Shown: piece after piece, positions 50,501 to 63,104 of the stretch
How positions within the stretch are numbered: the first letter of the stretch is position 1
Layout of the letters: every line of letters starts with the position of its first letter
The notes under the pieces: model-generated
The model's input: the letters and a program-made list of their open reading frames with translations, nothing else
Told to the model about the DNA's origin: nothing
The model's database searches: none
From: Phoronis australis
Taxonomy: Eukaryota; Animalia; Phoronida
Length of the DNA stretch: 64,000 bases
NCBI GenBank assembly: GCA_002633005.1
Contig: NMRA01000098.1
Coordinates: forward strand, 763,186-827,185
Reading direction: 5' to 3'
Made by a program: the position numbers and the translations under genes

Positions 50501-52803
50501 TTATGAAATGGATCTAAAATTGTTCTTTTTTCGAGTTAAAGGTGATTTGCAGGCTTGGAAAGAGCGGACAGTCTGTTATTGCTTTAGACCAGGTTGTGCA
50601 AGTTGCCTTGTCACAGCATGTCATTTTATGTACTACACATGCCAGTGAGAAATAAGGAACTGAGAATTATTTCAGGGCTTGTAATTTTCCTTTTTTAAGA
50701 GGGTTCCCACTTTAATATTTGCTTTCCAGTTTCCTCCGTTTCTGTTTTCTTTGCGTTTAAGTATTTAAAAAGTTTAGTTCAATTTTACAGCAGTATGTGT
50801 TCTGAATCAAAGATTTCGTTCTTTCATGGTGATGAAGATGATTGGTGAAGTTGATGGCTGAAGCCTTGTGGAAAATCCTAATATAGGGGCTGGCCTACAG
50901 ATTGAAACAGTGACTAATTCTATGAGTTAGCAATCTCCATTGGTTCCTGAGAATCACTGACAAAAAATAATAATGTCAGAAACATCCGTTGATTATTTTA
51001 CTGTTCAAGTCCAGTTGGTAGCATAACCCAAATTCTTCACTGCATCAATATGGGGACACACCGTCCACATAACAAGCATCTTGTGCACTTATTTGAGCTA
51101 CAGGGCATTATTAACTGGAAACCTTCATGAGATTTATTCAATGAAAAAATAACTACTCCAAAAAAAATTTCAGTTTTGGATAGAGTATGGTCGCCGAGTG
51201 GAATTTCATTTTCAAAACATTTCTCAATAACTTAATTGTTTAAATTGTCGCCAGTTAACATGGTTTGTGCAATAATGCTGTCACAAAAGAAAACAAACAT
51301 TTAGAATGTTTGTTTGCTGCAGGGGAAAATTTTGAAAACAGAATTTTAAAGTTCGATACCCTGGTTTTCCATGAAAACCCAAAAATGGACGGAATTCGCG
51401 CAAGTTGTAATGAATTCCAAGTTTGCTGTAAGTGATCGTTACGTATTGTCAATACGAGAAACATCTTTAATGTTTTAAAACATTTCTCTTGCAGGGTATA
51501 GAGAGGTCATCGGTGCGGTTTGTTTTTGATGGAAACACCATCTTAGGAGAAAATACCCCACAGGAGGTAAATTCTTAACAAAAAGTCTTGATTGAAGTAA
51601 GGCTAACTGGTGTTGAAAGATTCAAAAGCTGACTCTAGGACTATTGCTAATTCTTGTTTACATACTGATGATTTGGGAATTGGAGGTTCATTATAAGCCA
51701 CCAAACATAACCAGGTCTGTTGTAAAATAGTTTGTATTAATTTAATATTAAGTTTAAGCTTTTGCACATGAAAGTTTCGACCTCAAGCCTTTTATGGATG
51801 GATAACATGAGCGAATTTGCGGGTGGATTTGACTTCAGGTTTCCCCCTAGTGGCAATTTTATTTTTACGTTTACCTCTGTATCTTTAGAGGTCCTAAAGG
51901 GATTTTCATACAATTTAGCTAGTAGGCATCTATTACTGAGATGGCGCAACCCTCCTGGTTTCAGATGAATTCGAGATATTTTGTGCTACCTAGTGGCCAT
52001 TTACAAGTCTGTTTTTTGGCGTCTACCCCTCTCTAAACCAAACCACCCTAAGGATGACTGGAAACGAAATTGGCTGCAATTTCATTTTTCCCGTTTTTCT
52101 CGGTTGGTCTGAAGTTACTCGATGATGTTCCTTGAAATTTGGTAAATAGCTTTCTGTTGAAGAGACTTTGACATGTTCCCGTTTTCTGGATGGATTCGAC
52201 ATATTTTACGCCATCTAGTGGCCATTTGTGTTGTTTCCTGGGCCAAACCACTCTAAGGATGATTTTGAAAATTGGCGCTTATGTTTCTGCTGTGAAGAGG
52301 ACAGCGGATGATGATTTTTGGACGACTGGCACTGCTGTGGCACCTCCTAGTGGCAATTGTTTGCGTCTGGCTGTATCTCCCAAACCCTCTGCAGGATCTT
52401 TATTAAATTTGGCTACTGTATTTATATGAAATTGAAAACGGAGAATGACGACATTTGGGTGGATACGACTTGATGGACTTATTCTAATACTGCTGGCGCT
52501 CCTAATGGCAAGTTTGTTTTTTATGTCTGCCTTTGTATCTTTGGAATTCTTTTTGGATTTTCATGGATTTTAGCAATTGTTTTGAGAGACAACACCTTCC
52601 CATATTTAGTTGGGTTCAATGTATTCTGTGCTATCTAATGGCCATTTTTATGATGCAAATAAACACCCCTAGAAGCACACTGTTGCAGTGCAGTTGTGGG
52701 GGCTTTACTATTCTCTACGTTGCTCTTGTTTCAGCTTGACATGCAAGATGAAGACACTGTGGAGGTTTTCAATGCACAAACAGGAGGGCATTATGTGCTC
52801 TGA
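41544..52803 (+). CDS. SUMO: Small ubiquitin-related modifier (divergent SUMO); 4 exons, 96 aa
   Basis: Exons 41544-41567 (MSEQQEKK), 48762-48887 (EKSGSSEHVSVKVVAPDGSAVVFKIKKTTQLKKLMTSYCDRA), 51495-51566 (GIERSSVRFVFDGNTILGENTPQE) and 52735-52803 (LDMQDEDTVEVFNAQTGG-HYVL*). All junctions are phase-0 GT-AG, the typical SUMO layout, with di-Gly plus a propeptide. Confidence 0.92.
41906..43358. mobile_element. Composite/nested TAGGCAA-terminated fold-back element in SUMO intron 1
   Basis: 9-bp direct repeat taatgtcca at 41897-41905 and 43359-43367. An inner TIR pair spans 41912-42769. Segment 42044-42585 is repeated in inverted orientation at 42810-43358. Confidence 0.7.
45034..45625 (+). mobile_element. 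Third, one-armed copy of the TAGGCAATG fold-back element
   Basis: Begins taggcaatgaccatcgcctctgttggccc and is colinear with 19835-20440; the right arm is missing. Confidence 0.85.
45660..46345. repeat. Imperfect inverted repeat with ~115-bp arms, probably a transposon remnant
   Basis: gatagctttcaaagc..ctgactgagaaaattgcctttaaagggg..agagaatttgaattttt is mirrored at 46225-46345. Confidence 0.65.
49662..50501. mobile_element. MITE
   Basis: TIRs AGGGCTGTTCCAGTAAAATCCGTGTGGGAGGGGG and CCCCCTCCCATACAGATTTTGCTGGAACAGCCCT. Confidence 0.75.
51760..52730 (+). mobile_element. HINE-like element filling SUMO intron 3
   Basis: Same tandem units (ccccctagtggc, cgccatctagtggcc, cctcctagtggc) and the same 3' terminus, ..ccctagaagcacac..tgctcttgtt. 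Confidence 0.72.
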
Positions 52804-52899
52804 ATGAACGGACAGCTGTGCTAGTGACCGTGTCACTGAGAACAGTAAAACTGGGATATTTTATTTGATCGCAGGCTAATGGAGAACAGGAGTGCTTCG

Positions 52900-53062
52900 T
52901 CACGTGTGACGATTTGCGTGCACTGGTGTATGGCAAGTCGTTACAGAACAACCCTTGCGACGATTTGCGTGCACTGGTGTATGACAAGTTGTTACAGAAC
53001 AGCACTTGTGATGATTTGCATGCACTGGTGTATGGCAAGTCGTTATAGAACAACACAGGCGA
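52900..53062. repeat. 51-bp tandem repeat, 3 copies, in the SUMO 3' UTR
   Basis: gacgatttgcgtgcactggtgtatggcaagtcgttacagaaca recurs at about 52908, 52959 and 53010. Confidence 0.85.
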
Positions 53063-54385
53063 TGCTTTTTTCATTATCAGAATGACTTCGCTTTTCCCGA
53101 GGCGTTTCGGAACTGTTTCAAGCTAGTGATGTTTGAAGACCCCTCATTCATTATGGCTCCACATAATGAACATATCTAATGGGTAATTAATAAACATGGC
53201 TGCTTGCATCTCCAAAAGGAGTGTTTTGCACACTGGTCATATTTGTTGGTGAGATGCATGTGACTGTCAAGTTGCCATTGCTGTATGGAAGTCTGCCACT
53301 GGTCATCCCCGTAGTTGTGGCATGGTTCTAACTAGAATCCACCAGAATTGTTTGAAGGTGCAATATGTTCTGAAGTCATCACCTGTCTACGTATTAAGAA
53401 AAGGAGTAGAACTGTTACCAACAGCTTGAAATGTGTTGTTTTTTTTTTTTTCGTAAAGTTAGTTCAGCCAGTGGATGTCTTCTACCATGGCATGCAAATC
53501 CGAAAATAAAATCGTTGCTTAATTCTGGATCCATTTTGCATTCTGTTTCTTGTTTTGTATTAAACTTGTGTACATTTCACTTTTACTAGAGTCAGTTACT
53601 GTTCTTGTCCATTGCTGTTGCAATTGGTTACTGAAATAGTTACGCAGGTGTGTACACATGGTAAAATAACTGCTGATACTTAACTGTTTTGATACCAGGT
53701 TTTAGTTTCCATGTTGTCTAAAACAATAAAACACTTGTCATTTGCTATTGTAAACTGAAATACAAGCCCTGAATAGTTAACAGCTATGTACATGTACTTG
53801 TGGTATGTGCTTGTGGAATCCCTGGCTGAAAAAACCTAACCTTGGACCTTGATAGATTTTGCTGCTATATATATACAGCACTCGTTGCTGCTCTGGTTTT
53901 TCTGAGGTACTTGATCTTATCAAGCATTGTTTTAACTCTGTGTTTGTGTTGAGCTCCTGTTCCCATATGTGGCCATCATGTTTTAGAGAATTGTTACACT
54001 GTGTATTTTTGTCATTCATCTTGTACATTTGTAGTTATAGTAAAAAATAAATTGTAAAATACTTTGATCAAGAATAGTGTTTTGAACTTTGATAAGATCA
54101 TGATTTTTTTATCTTGGTCTCGGGAATAAGTAAACTGTAATGAAAAACTCTCAAAAGGATCTTGTCATGTTGATCCTTTTATTCATACTTTGTAACTTCA
54201 GAGTAACATGTTGATATATGCTTTATGTTGTGAGTTTGAATAGGTTTGAGTGCCAGTGGTTGCAGATCTGTAGAATATGGATACCATACTGTTTTCAGTA
54301 TCTAATATTTCGTACATGTTCCTCAGGGTTCTTCACCTTCCAAATGGTACATAAATGCCCCAGCCAAAGCAATCGGCTAAATCAC

Positions 54386-56642
54386 AATCAAGGTCCATAT
54401 TCGAGAGTTGACTGTTGACTGTGTTAGGGTCTAAAATATTTTTTTTGGTCACTTACCAAATGAATCTCATATGCAGAGTTATTTAGTTGTGCAAATTAAA
54501 AAAAGAATCAAAATGGGACAATATTTGAGAAATTTATGCATGTTTCGTCTATGAATTTCATGCATTTTTAGCATTAAGAGTGGCCATTTTAAAAATTAAC
54601 AATTTTCAATTGTCAACAGTAGAAAAGAAATTTATTGTATCAAGTTAGCAATTGCTTAGATATCACTGGGAATAACTTGAGTCACTTTCAGAATCACTTA
54701 ATAGATGGACTTGTGTTTAATCATTGAAAAATGGTAGGTTCATCATAAAACAGGCACTTGTTACGAAATTCGTAAATTCTGTGTTTTTAACCCTCACCTA
54801 CTGTAAAGAATGATAAAAACTAAAGTTCACATTCTGTCATAAAAAGAACTGCAGAATATGTTAGCCCAGGCAACACAATAAATTATTTAATATATAAACA
54901 AACCAAAAGTTTGGATATTGACTGGATTCTGCTACGTTGAAAATGGGCCAAAAAGGCTAACAAAGTGTAGTGTACGTACCCCCATGTGGAATTCAATAAC
55001 ACAGATGGTCATTGCTAATGAAATGATTGCCTTTTAAATATCAACATGGTGCTTATTATGACCAAAGAAAAATAAATGGCCATACAACATTATGTTACCA
55101 TGTGATGCAGAAACAGTGATGTAGTGTACTTACCCCCATGTTTACCAATGCCATGAAAAAGTATCACTTCGTAAGTGAGCAGCACTGGTCATAGACAGTT
55201 TCCTTCCTTAAAAATGTTAGGTTAAAAGGGTGTTAATTGCAATTACATTTGTTTTGAGTGAAAAATTAGCATTTGTGTAGTGTGCCTATTTTCAAAGTAC
55301 GGCAGATGTGCACATGAATGCTGGGCTTTTTATTTTTTTCTCTTTGAACTGTAAATCGACTAACTCTCGGTAGATTCTTAGTATTTAGTTACAAACCTGA
55401 CATGTTATCGAAATGTATTGTACGTACCCCTGTGTAGTGTACGTACCTCGATGTGAACAAGTACCATAAAACAAAAATATTACACGGTAAGTAAGCAACA
55501 CTTGTCACAGACAGTTTCCTCCTTTAAAAATGCTAGGTTAAAAGGGTGTTAATTACAAATACAATTGTTTTGAGTGAAATATTAGCATCTGTGTAGTGTA
55601 CGTGCCCCTACATTTTAACATGTGCCTGTTTTCAAAGGATGACACACAGATGTGCACATGTATGTTGTACTTTTTATTCGTTCTCTTTGAATAGATTTGG
55701 TAAATGAACTAACTCTCGGTAGGTTCTAAGTATTTTTATAAAGCTGACGAGTCATTGAAATGTAGTGTACGTACCTTCAACCTCTGTGCTATAAAGTATT
55801 GCTCACGAGTGTTTTACATACTGCTGTTCTTGATGGAGTGAACAATACTGATATTTCCAAAAATGTCTGACAAAATAAGAACAATGGACATTATCAAATT
55901 TGTAGGCAATAAATTAACATGCTACACAGGACTTGGCTAATACTTAACATCCCACGTCGACAATTGACGTTGCAGAGGCAGGTTCTTTATCTCTCAAGAC
56001 AACTTGCAACAAACCAACAAGTAGGGGCAGAGCAAAACTCGAGACCATCCCATACATTTGTAACCTAGTCAAAATTTGACGTTGATTGACTGCGTAGTGT
56101 ATGTACTCCCAAACCAGTACCATTTTTTACTGTTTACAGGCGGAACACTGGGCCTAGCATTGCTTTAACTATTTTGACCAACTGGTGGATGTATTGAAAG
56201 CTAGGCAAATAGCTCTAAGTTGAAAAGTAGTTACTTGTCATTTTCTTTTTGTAAGAATCATAATGCAAGGGAAGAAGTTCTCATTATACTGTTTTAAGAT
56301 ATGCAATGTATCATCATCTAGAACAACTTATCAGCACGGTAATAACTTTTCTTACTTTAGTATGTGATACTTCTTTAATTTGATCAAGAACTTGTTAAAT
56401 TAACAGCTACCTTATGAATTTTTGCATGGTAGAAGTTAGAGGTGACCACAAGTTGTAGTGTACGTACCATTTTCTACAACTGTGATGCATTAGGCCTTAA
56501 AATTTTATTCGGTGGTTCTTATGCAAAAAATACTTTAGATTACAAACCTGGAATGATGGTACTTTAAAATAACCCAGCTTTTACAGTTATATGACAATCT
56601 TCATTTTTCACCAAAAGTGGCCACCGAATATGGACCTTGATT
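54386..56642. mobile_element. Non-autonomous TIR element (~2.25 kb) with a reiterated GTAGTGTACGTACC motif
   Basis: 18-bp inverted ends aatcaaggtccatattcg / cgaatatggaccttgatt, extendable imperfectly. Contains an internal ~320-bp direct duplication (55100-55780). No TSD resolved. Confidence 0.6.
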
Positions 56643-56989
56643 AATGATTTGCCCGAATCCACTGCATCACCTGTGTACAAAGGTGTGTAAGTACAAATCC
56701 TTCAGGAATATGAATACTTAGTTTTCGAAGATAAGCAAAAAGTGAACTGTGCCGGCTGACACTGATAGCAAACATGAATACCCTATCTTTATTGTAACCA
56801 TTCCTGATTATGTTGAAACACGACGCGGCATACAGTTGTTATAGTAGACCGGCAGCCCAGAGCACTTAGCATAGATGAACGAGGTACCAACATCTGACCA
56901 CGGGAGCATTTAAAGTCCACCTCAGTATGTACAGAAATGGACGTCTGCCGTTGTCTGCACTCTGGGTGTGACCCCTGGGGGCCTTACAA

Positions 56990-58160
56990 AGAGCCCCAAA
57001 AATGAGCTAGACTAGATATTCGAGGTACCAACCAAAACTGATTGAAAACGAACAATAGTACCGCACTGAACACCAAATGACCCATGACAGACAAATTGCG
57101 CTCTGGAATGGGTCCGGCAGAAACCAAAAAAGGACCCCCCAAAAATGAGCTAGCACATACATTCGAGGTACCACACAAAACCAATTCCATGTGATTCAAT
57201 ACATGTCACAGATCACGAAAACCCCTATGACAGACAAAATACACTCTGGGTTGTGCCCGGCAGAAACCCCTAAAAATCTCAACCATGGTATGCCATCAAA
57301 AATTTGAGCTAGACTAGATTTTCGAGGTACCGGCCAAAACTGATTTTAAACGAACAATAGTACCGCACTGAACACCAAATGACCCATGACAGACAAATTG
57401 CACTCTGGAATGGGTCCGGCAGAAACCAAAAAGGACCCCCCAAAAATGAGCTAGCACATACATTCGAGGTACCACACAAAACCAATTCCATATGATTCAA
57501 TACATGTCACAGATCACTAAATGCCCTATGACAGACAAATTACACTCTGGATTGTGCCCGGCAGAAACCCCCAAAAATCTCAACCACGGTATGCCATCAA
57601 AATTTGATCTAGACTAGATTTTCGAGGTACCGGCCAAAACTGATTTAAAACGAACAATAGTACCGCACTGAACTCCAAATGACCCATGACAGACAAATTG
57701 CACACTGGAATCGGTCCAGCAGAAACCAAAAAAAGAGCCCCCCCCCCAAAAAAAATGAGCTAGCTTATACATTTGAGGTACCTCACAAAACCAATTCCAC
57801 GAGGTTCAATACATGTCACAGGTCACTAAATGCCCTATGACAGACAAAATACACTCTGGATTGTGCCTGGAAGAAACCCTCAAAACTCTCAACCACAATA
57901 TACGCTATCAAAACTTTGAGGTACATTTGATACCCGAGGTACTGGCTAAAACTGACTTAAAACCAATAATCCACCAGATGACCCATGACAGACAACAAAT
58001 TGTGCTCTGGAAGGCGTTCGCCAGAAACTCAATTACACCGTAAAAGAAGCTAGGTCATCATTCGGGGTACCACAATAAACAATTCCATGTGATTCAAATA
58101 GATGTTACTGGTTACCAAATACGCTATGACAGTTAAAACCCAGTGTGGGTTGTGCTCGCC
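56990..58160 (+). repeat. 301-bp tandem array, left arm, about 3.5-4 units degrading inward
   Basis: Each unit is a dimer of related ~142 and ~159 bp subunits containing cgaggtacc and atgacagacaaa. Confidence 0.9.
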
Positions 58161-58685
58161 AGCCCCAGAAATCTCAACTACCGGTCAGTAATTTTGAATA
58201 TATATGACATATTAGATAATGAGCTTATACTTTTGCGTCTACTGAGCTCTCACACTGGATGTCAAATGGATGATGGCGGAGAGTAAGCCTGATAACAGTA
58301 AAACTTTGGGATACCAGGAACTGTCTAAAACCAACCCACTCAGTGAAGTTTAAGAACGCAGATTGTGTAAAATATAAAACGCTATCAAAACTGCCAGCAG
58401 AAAGGATACGTCAGCGACAACACATGGCCCCTAAATTTGCGCTTGATCGAGGAACCACGAAAGTTATTTCCAAGGAGCCCTTTCATCTCATTGACTACTA
58501 AACAATACGTTGAAAGAAAAGTAACAGACGGTTTTTTTAAAAACCTTCTTTAATCAAAATAAACTACATGAAATAGAGCAACACTTTCAAGCAGCATAGT
58601 AACAGATAGTCAAAATCACTGTATCGACAAGAACATCAAGCTACATACTATATGTTTAATGTCAACAGTAGTTTCTTGTTAGTTT

Positions 58686-59706
58686 TTAATACGTTTCAAT
58701 ACCGTCACTGCTACTCCAGCTTGATTCGGGCTCGCTTGTTTGGTCATAGCCCATTTCCTTTACCTCTTGATCAGCTTGGTTTTCTTGTAAAAGACCAGCA
58801 CCTTCAAAAAGGACATCAGGAACGGCAGATCCACAAAACCATTTGGGAGTGTAGTATCCATCTTGTGCCTTCCAACCATAGGTAAGAGGATCCAAACCGT
58901 TTCCCGGATCGGCCGAATCCACTTGGCCTCAGAGAAAGGCAACATAATGGGCTCGTTTGAGCTTTTTCAATAGTGTCTTTCGGCAAGGAGGAAAAATGCG
59001 CAGTCTATCTTCTTGATGTTGGACATCGGAGAAAATTTTATTGACGAGGAACCAATTGTCTAAAAGCTGACGAACAAAAACATAAAACCCATGCACGCAC
59101 CCAGCCTCTAGTTTTGGGGGGCTCGAATTTCTGAACAAGTGGACCTTTTGCTAACAGAAAAGCTGGCGGACTAACAAAAACGGGGTACCACCTTCAGTGC
59201 TGTGAACTGTGCGTCTGCGCATTTTTAGTGGACATTTGTCTCGTTTCCACGGACTGTTTGTTTCTCTGAGGCGGACCTTTTTGGCAACTTCGCCAAATGA
59301 GGGGCTCGTTCGAGCCCCCCGAGCCCTCCTGGGTATGCGCATGAAATCTCACCACCATTTACTGTTTTTTGACGTGAAACTGGGCATTTTGAAAACATTT
59401 GAAATTATTTTCGTTGCTTTTATGAACTATATTTTATCAATTACAGTTATTACCTTGTTCATTTTCCGGTCGTCTCTATTAATTTCAGATATCGGCGCTT
59501 CATTGACATCTTTGACTCCTCCCTTCATTAAATAGGAGGCATGTGTCTTCTTCTAACTTTCTTTCGTCTGGGACATCTACGCTTATTAACTCTGAGAAGA
59601 AGCTGATAAGTGTCCCAGATGAGTCTTTCATCAGGATTTCCAGAGGCCTCCCTTTCCCTTTCCTAAACAGTGCTGCTGTGACGTCACACCCTGTCATTGC
59701 ATGCAA
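58686..59706 (-). pseudogene. Disrupted C-terminal fragment of an Academ-type transposon protein (XPG-like region)
   Basis: Colinear fragments in different frames: HAMTGCDVTAALFRKGK, IFPPCRKTLLKKLKRAHYVAFL and LDPLTYGWKAQDGYYTPKWF. Frameshifted, with the N-terminus absent. Confidence 0.7.
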
Positions 59707-60129
59707 TTTTCATTGTTTATATATTTATTTAAATAGCATTGGGACTCCACGTGGCTGCGCACCAAATTAGGGGTGATTTGTATTTTATCACGGAAGACAT
59801 TATGTCGACCATCGACACCCGTCTGCTTTTCGCTTGTAGTGATCATGAGAGTAAACACAGGCTTTAGTGAACGAAAGTTTTTAATAATTAGTTTTTGTTT
59901 CCTGCGGTCCCGCTTTTTGCAGTTAACTTATTAAATACACAACTTTTGTCACCAATTGTGTACTTCGATTTTCGTGGTGCAATTTTTAATATCTTGTTGT
60001 CCAGTTGTTTGGATTTCCCACCCGAGTACTTGAACTAGCAGGGGAAAGCTGCATGAACGATTGTACCTCCATTTTTTAAGGTCCTTTCTGGGTTTTTGGC
60101 AGACTATTTCCGAGTAAAATTTGTCTCTC

Positions 60130-61730
60130 ACGGGTCATTGGGTTTTCAGTGCAGCACGATTGGTGGTTTTAAATCAGTTTAAGCCGATACCTTGAAAATC
60201 TAACTGTCTCAAAAATGGCAAACCGTGGTTGAGATTTTTGAGGGTTTCTGCCAAGGACAATCCAGAGTGTATTTTGTCTGCCGGTCATAGGGCATTTAGT
60301 GACCTGTGACATGTATTGAATCTAATGTAATTGTTTTTGTGGTATCTCGAATGTATGTGCTAGCACATTTTTGGGGGGTCTTTTTTGGTTTCTGCCGGAC
60401 CCATTCTAGAGTGCAGTTTGTCTGTCATGGGTCATTCAATGTTCAGTGCGGTACTATTGTTCGTTTTAAATCAGTTTTGGCCGGTACCTCGAAAATCTAG
60501 TCTAGATCAAATTTTGGTGGCATACCGTGGTTGAGATTTTTGGGGGTTTCTGCCGGGCACAACCCAGAGTGTATTTTGTCTGTCATAGGGGTTTTAGTGA
60601 TCTGTGACATGTATTGAATCATATGGAATTGGTTTTGTGTGGTACCTCGAATGTATGTGCTAGCTCATTTTTGGGGGGTCCTTTTTTGGTTTCTGCCGGA
60701 CCCATTCCAGAGTGCAATTTGTCTGTCATGGGTCATTTGGTGTTCAGTGCGGTACTATTGTTCGTTTAAAATCAGTTTTGGCCGGTACCTCGAAAATCTA
60801 GTCTAGATCAAATTTTGGTGGCATACCGTGGTTGAGATTTTTGGGGGTTTCTGCCGGGCACAACCCAGAGTGTATTTTGTCTGTCATAGGGGTTTTAGTG
60901 ATCTGTGACATGTATTGAATCATATGGAATTGGTTTTGTGTGGTACCTCGAATGTATGTGCTAGCTCATTTTTGGGGGGTCCTTTTTTGGTTTCTGCCGG
61001 ACCCATTCCAGAGTGCAATTTGTCTGTCATGGGTCATTTGGTGTTCAGTGCGGTACTATTGTTCGTTTAAAATCAGTTTTGGCCGGTACCTCGAAAATCT
61101 AGTCTAGCTCAAATTTTTGATGGCATACCATGGTTGAGATTTTTGGGGGTTTCTGCCGGGCACAACCCAGAGTGTAATTTGCCTGTCATAGGGGTTTTAG
61201 TGATCTGTGACATGTATTGAATCATATGGAATTGGTTTTGTGTGGTACCTCGAATGTATGTGCTAGCTCAATTTTGGGGGGTCCTTTTTTGGTTTCTGCC
61301 GGACCCATTCCAGAGTGCAATTTGTCTGTCATGGGTCATTTGGTGTTCAGTGCGGTACTATTGTTCGTATAAAATCAGTTTTGGCCGGTACCTCGAAAAT
61401 CTAGTCTAGCTCAAATTTTTGATGGCATACCATGGTTGAGATTTTTAGGGGTTTCTGCCGGGCACAACCCAGAGTGTAATTTGTCTGTCATAGGGGTTTT
61501 AGTGATCTGTGACATGTATTGAATCATATGGAATTGGTTTTGTGTGGTACCTCGAATGTATGTGCTAGCTCATTTTTGGGGGGTCCTTTTTTGGTTTCTG
61601 CCGGACCCATTCCAGAGTGCAATTTGTCTGTCATGGGTCATTCGGTGTTCAGTGCGGTACTATTATTCGTTAAAAATCAGTTTTGGTTGGTACCTCGAAT
61701 ATCTAGTCTAGCTCATTTTTTGGACTGTTT
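60130..61730 (-). repeat. 301-bp tandem array, right arm, about 5 units, inverted relative to the left arm
   Basis: gtgacatgtattgaatc recurs at about 60307, 60605, 60906, 61207 and 61509. Confidence 0.92.
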
Positions 61731-62477
61731 GTAAGGCCCCCAGGGGTCACACCCAGAGTGTAGACAACGGCAGACGTCCATTTCTGTACATACTGAGGTG
61801 GACTTTAAATGCTCCCGTGGTCAGATGTTGGTACCTCGTTCATCTATGCTAAGTGCTCTGGGCTGCCGGTCTATAGGTTAAATAATCATTTAATTTAACA
61901 CATGTCCAGCAGTACCGTACGTTCGGAGGGCCTGGGGGTGTTTGCCGTATTGCATCTAGATGTAAAGCATACTAGACAAAATCCTATTGCTTTTGCGACT
62001 TGTTTACACCTGCGAAAACGATTTTGGCGGAGGTGTGAAACATGATACAGTCCTGGCACCTCGTTACAACGAACCTACCGGGATCTATCGAAAGCGCTCG
62101 TAACCGGGATTCGTTGTAGCCGAATCGGCTTTTTAGATAAAATAAAAACCTTAAAACCGTTTATTTGCCATATTTTGTGTGTAGTCCAACCGCATGCCAT
62201 CCCGCATATAGCAAATCGCGTGCTTATGCGTCACACGCTGTGCGAATTGATTGAAACCAAGAGGTTGGCACGTGAATTTTAGACTGGCAAGCGCTGGTTT
62301 ACTGAAGTTGCTGAAGTTACGAAATTGGTATGTTATACTCGTTTCATCGTTGTACCCGTGTTCATTACAAACGAAGAAAAGGTGTTTGCATTGGAGAAAA
62401 TGGGACTTTGGCGGAATGGAACGTCATAGGCTACTGAAGGCAGTGAACGTCATAAACGGGTTCGTCACAAGTCTGGT

Positions 62478-63053
62478 GGGCCGTTGAGGGGAAAGTGTCG
62501 CCGTAAAATTACGCTCGAAATTACGAGCGTAAATTGAATTGCAGGAGTGTCGCCGTACAATTACGCTAGTAAATTAAACGGGAAAAAGTTTCGCCGTAAA
62601 ATTACGCTCGTAATTACCGAGCGTAAGTTAAATTGCAAAAGTGTTGCGGTAAAATTACGCCCGTAAATTAAATGGGGGAAATGTCGCTGTAAATTACGCT
62701 CGTAAAATACCTTGAGAACGTTCCAAATTTAAACCCGGCCAATCAGTGATGACCTAACATACACGACTGTTGCTGGGCAGCTCGTTCTTGCACAATCGCT
62801 GACATGGCAGCAGCGATTTGATCGGCCATGATTCAGCGCTCGTATCGTAGACATGAAATCCGTATTCCCATGAGCGCGCGTGATCGTGGATTGTAAAACC
62901 CAACGTAATTGGCCAAGAGTTTAAACTAAATTACGAGCTTAATTTTACGCCGTAAAGAATTAAATTACGCTTGTAATTTTACGGCGTAAATAACGGCGTA
63001 ATGTACACAATTACGCTCGTGCTTTTCCGGCGGCACTTTCCACCCAACGGTCC
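62478..63053. mobile_element. MITE with subterminal GTAAAATTACGCTCG repeats
   Basis: Imperfect TIRs gggccgttgaggggaaagtgtcgccg and cggcggcactttccacccaacggtcc. Confidence 0.65.
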
Positions 63054-63104
63054 ATCATACAAGTCCCCCCCGTTATAACTTCATGTAGTAAATCCCTTAC
63101 GAAA

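Larger units (their letters stand above)
56845..61873. mobile_element. Academ-like (AcademX) DNA transposon deletion derivative, 5029 bp, with satellite-containing inverted arms
   Basis: Termini TAGACCGGCAGCCC..GGGCTGCCGGTCTA with 3-bp TSD TAG (56842-56844 and 61874-61876). A ~145-bp near-perfect TIR leads into inverted 301-bp arrays, around an internal transposase remnant. Confidence 0.82.

Noticed and set aside
56990-61730. Regularly spaced repeats as a CRISPR array
   Set aside because: Whole 301-bp units repeat with no unique spacers, there are no cas genes, and the context is eukaryotic.
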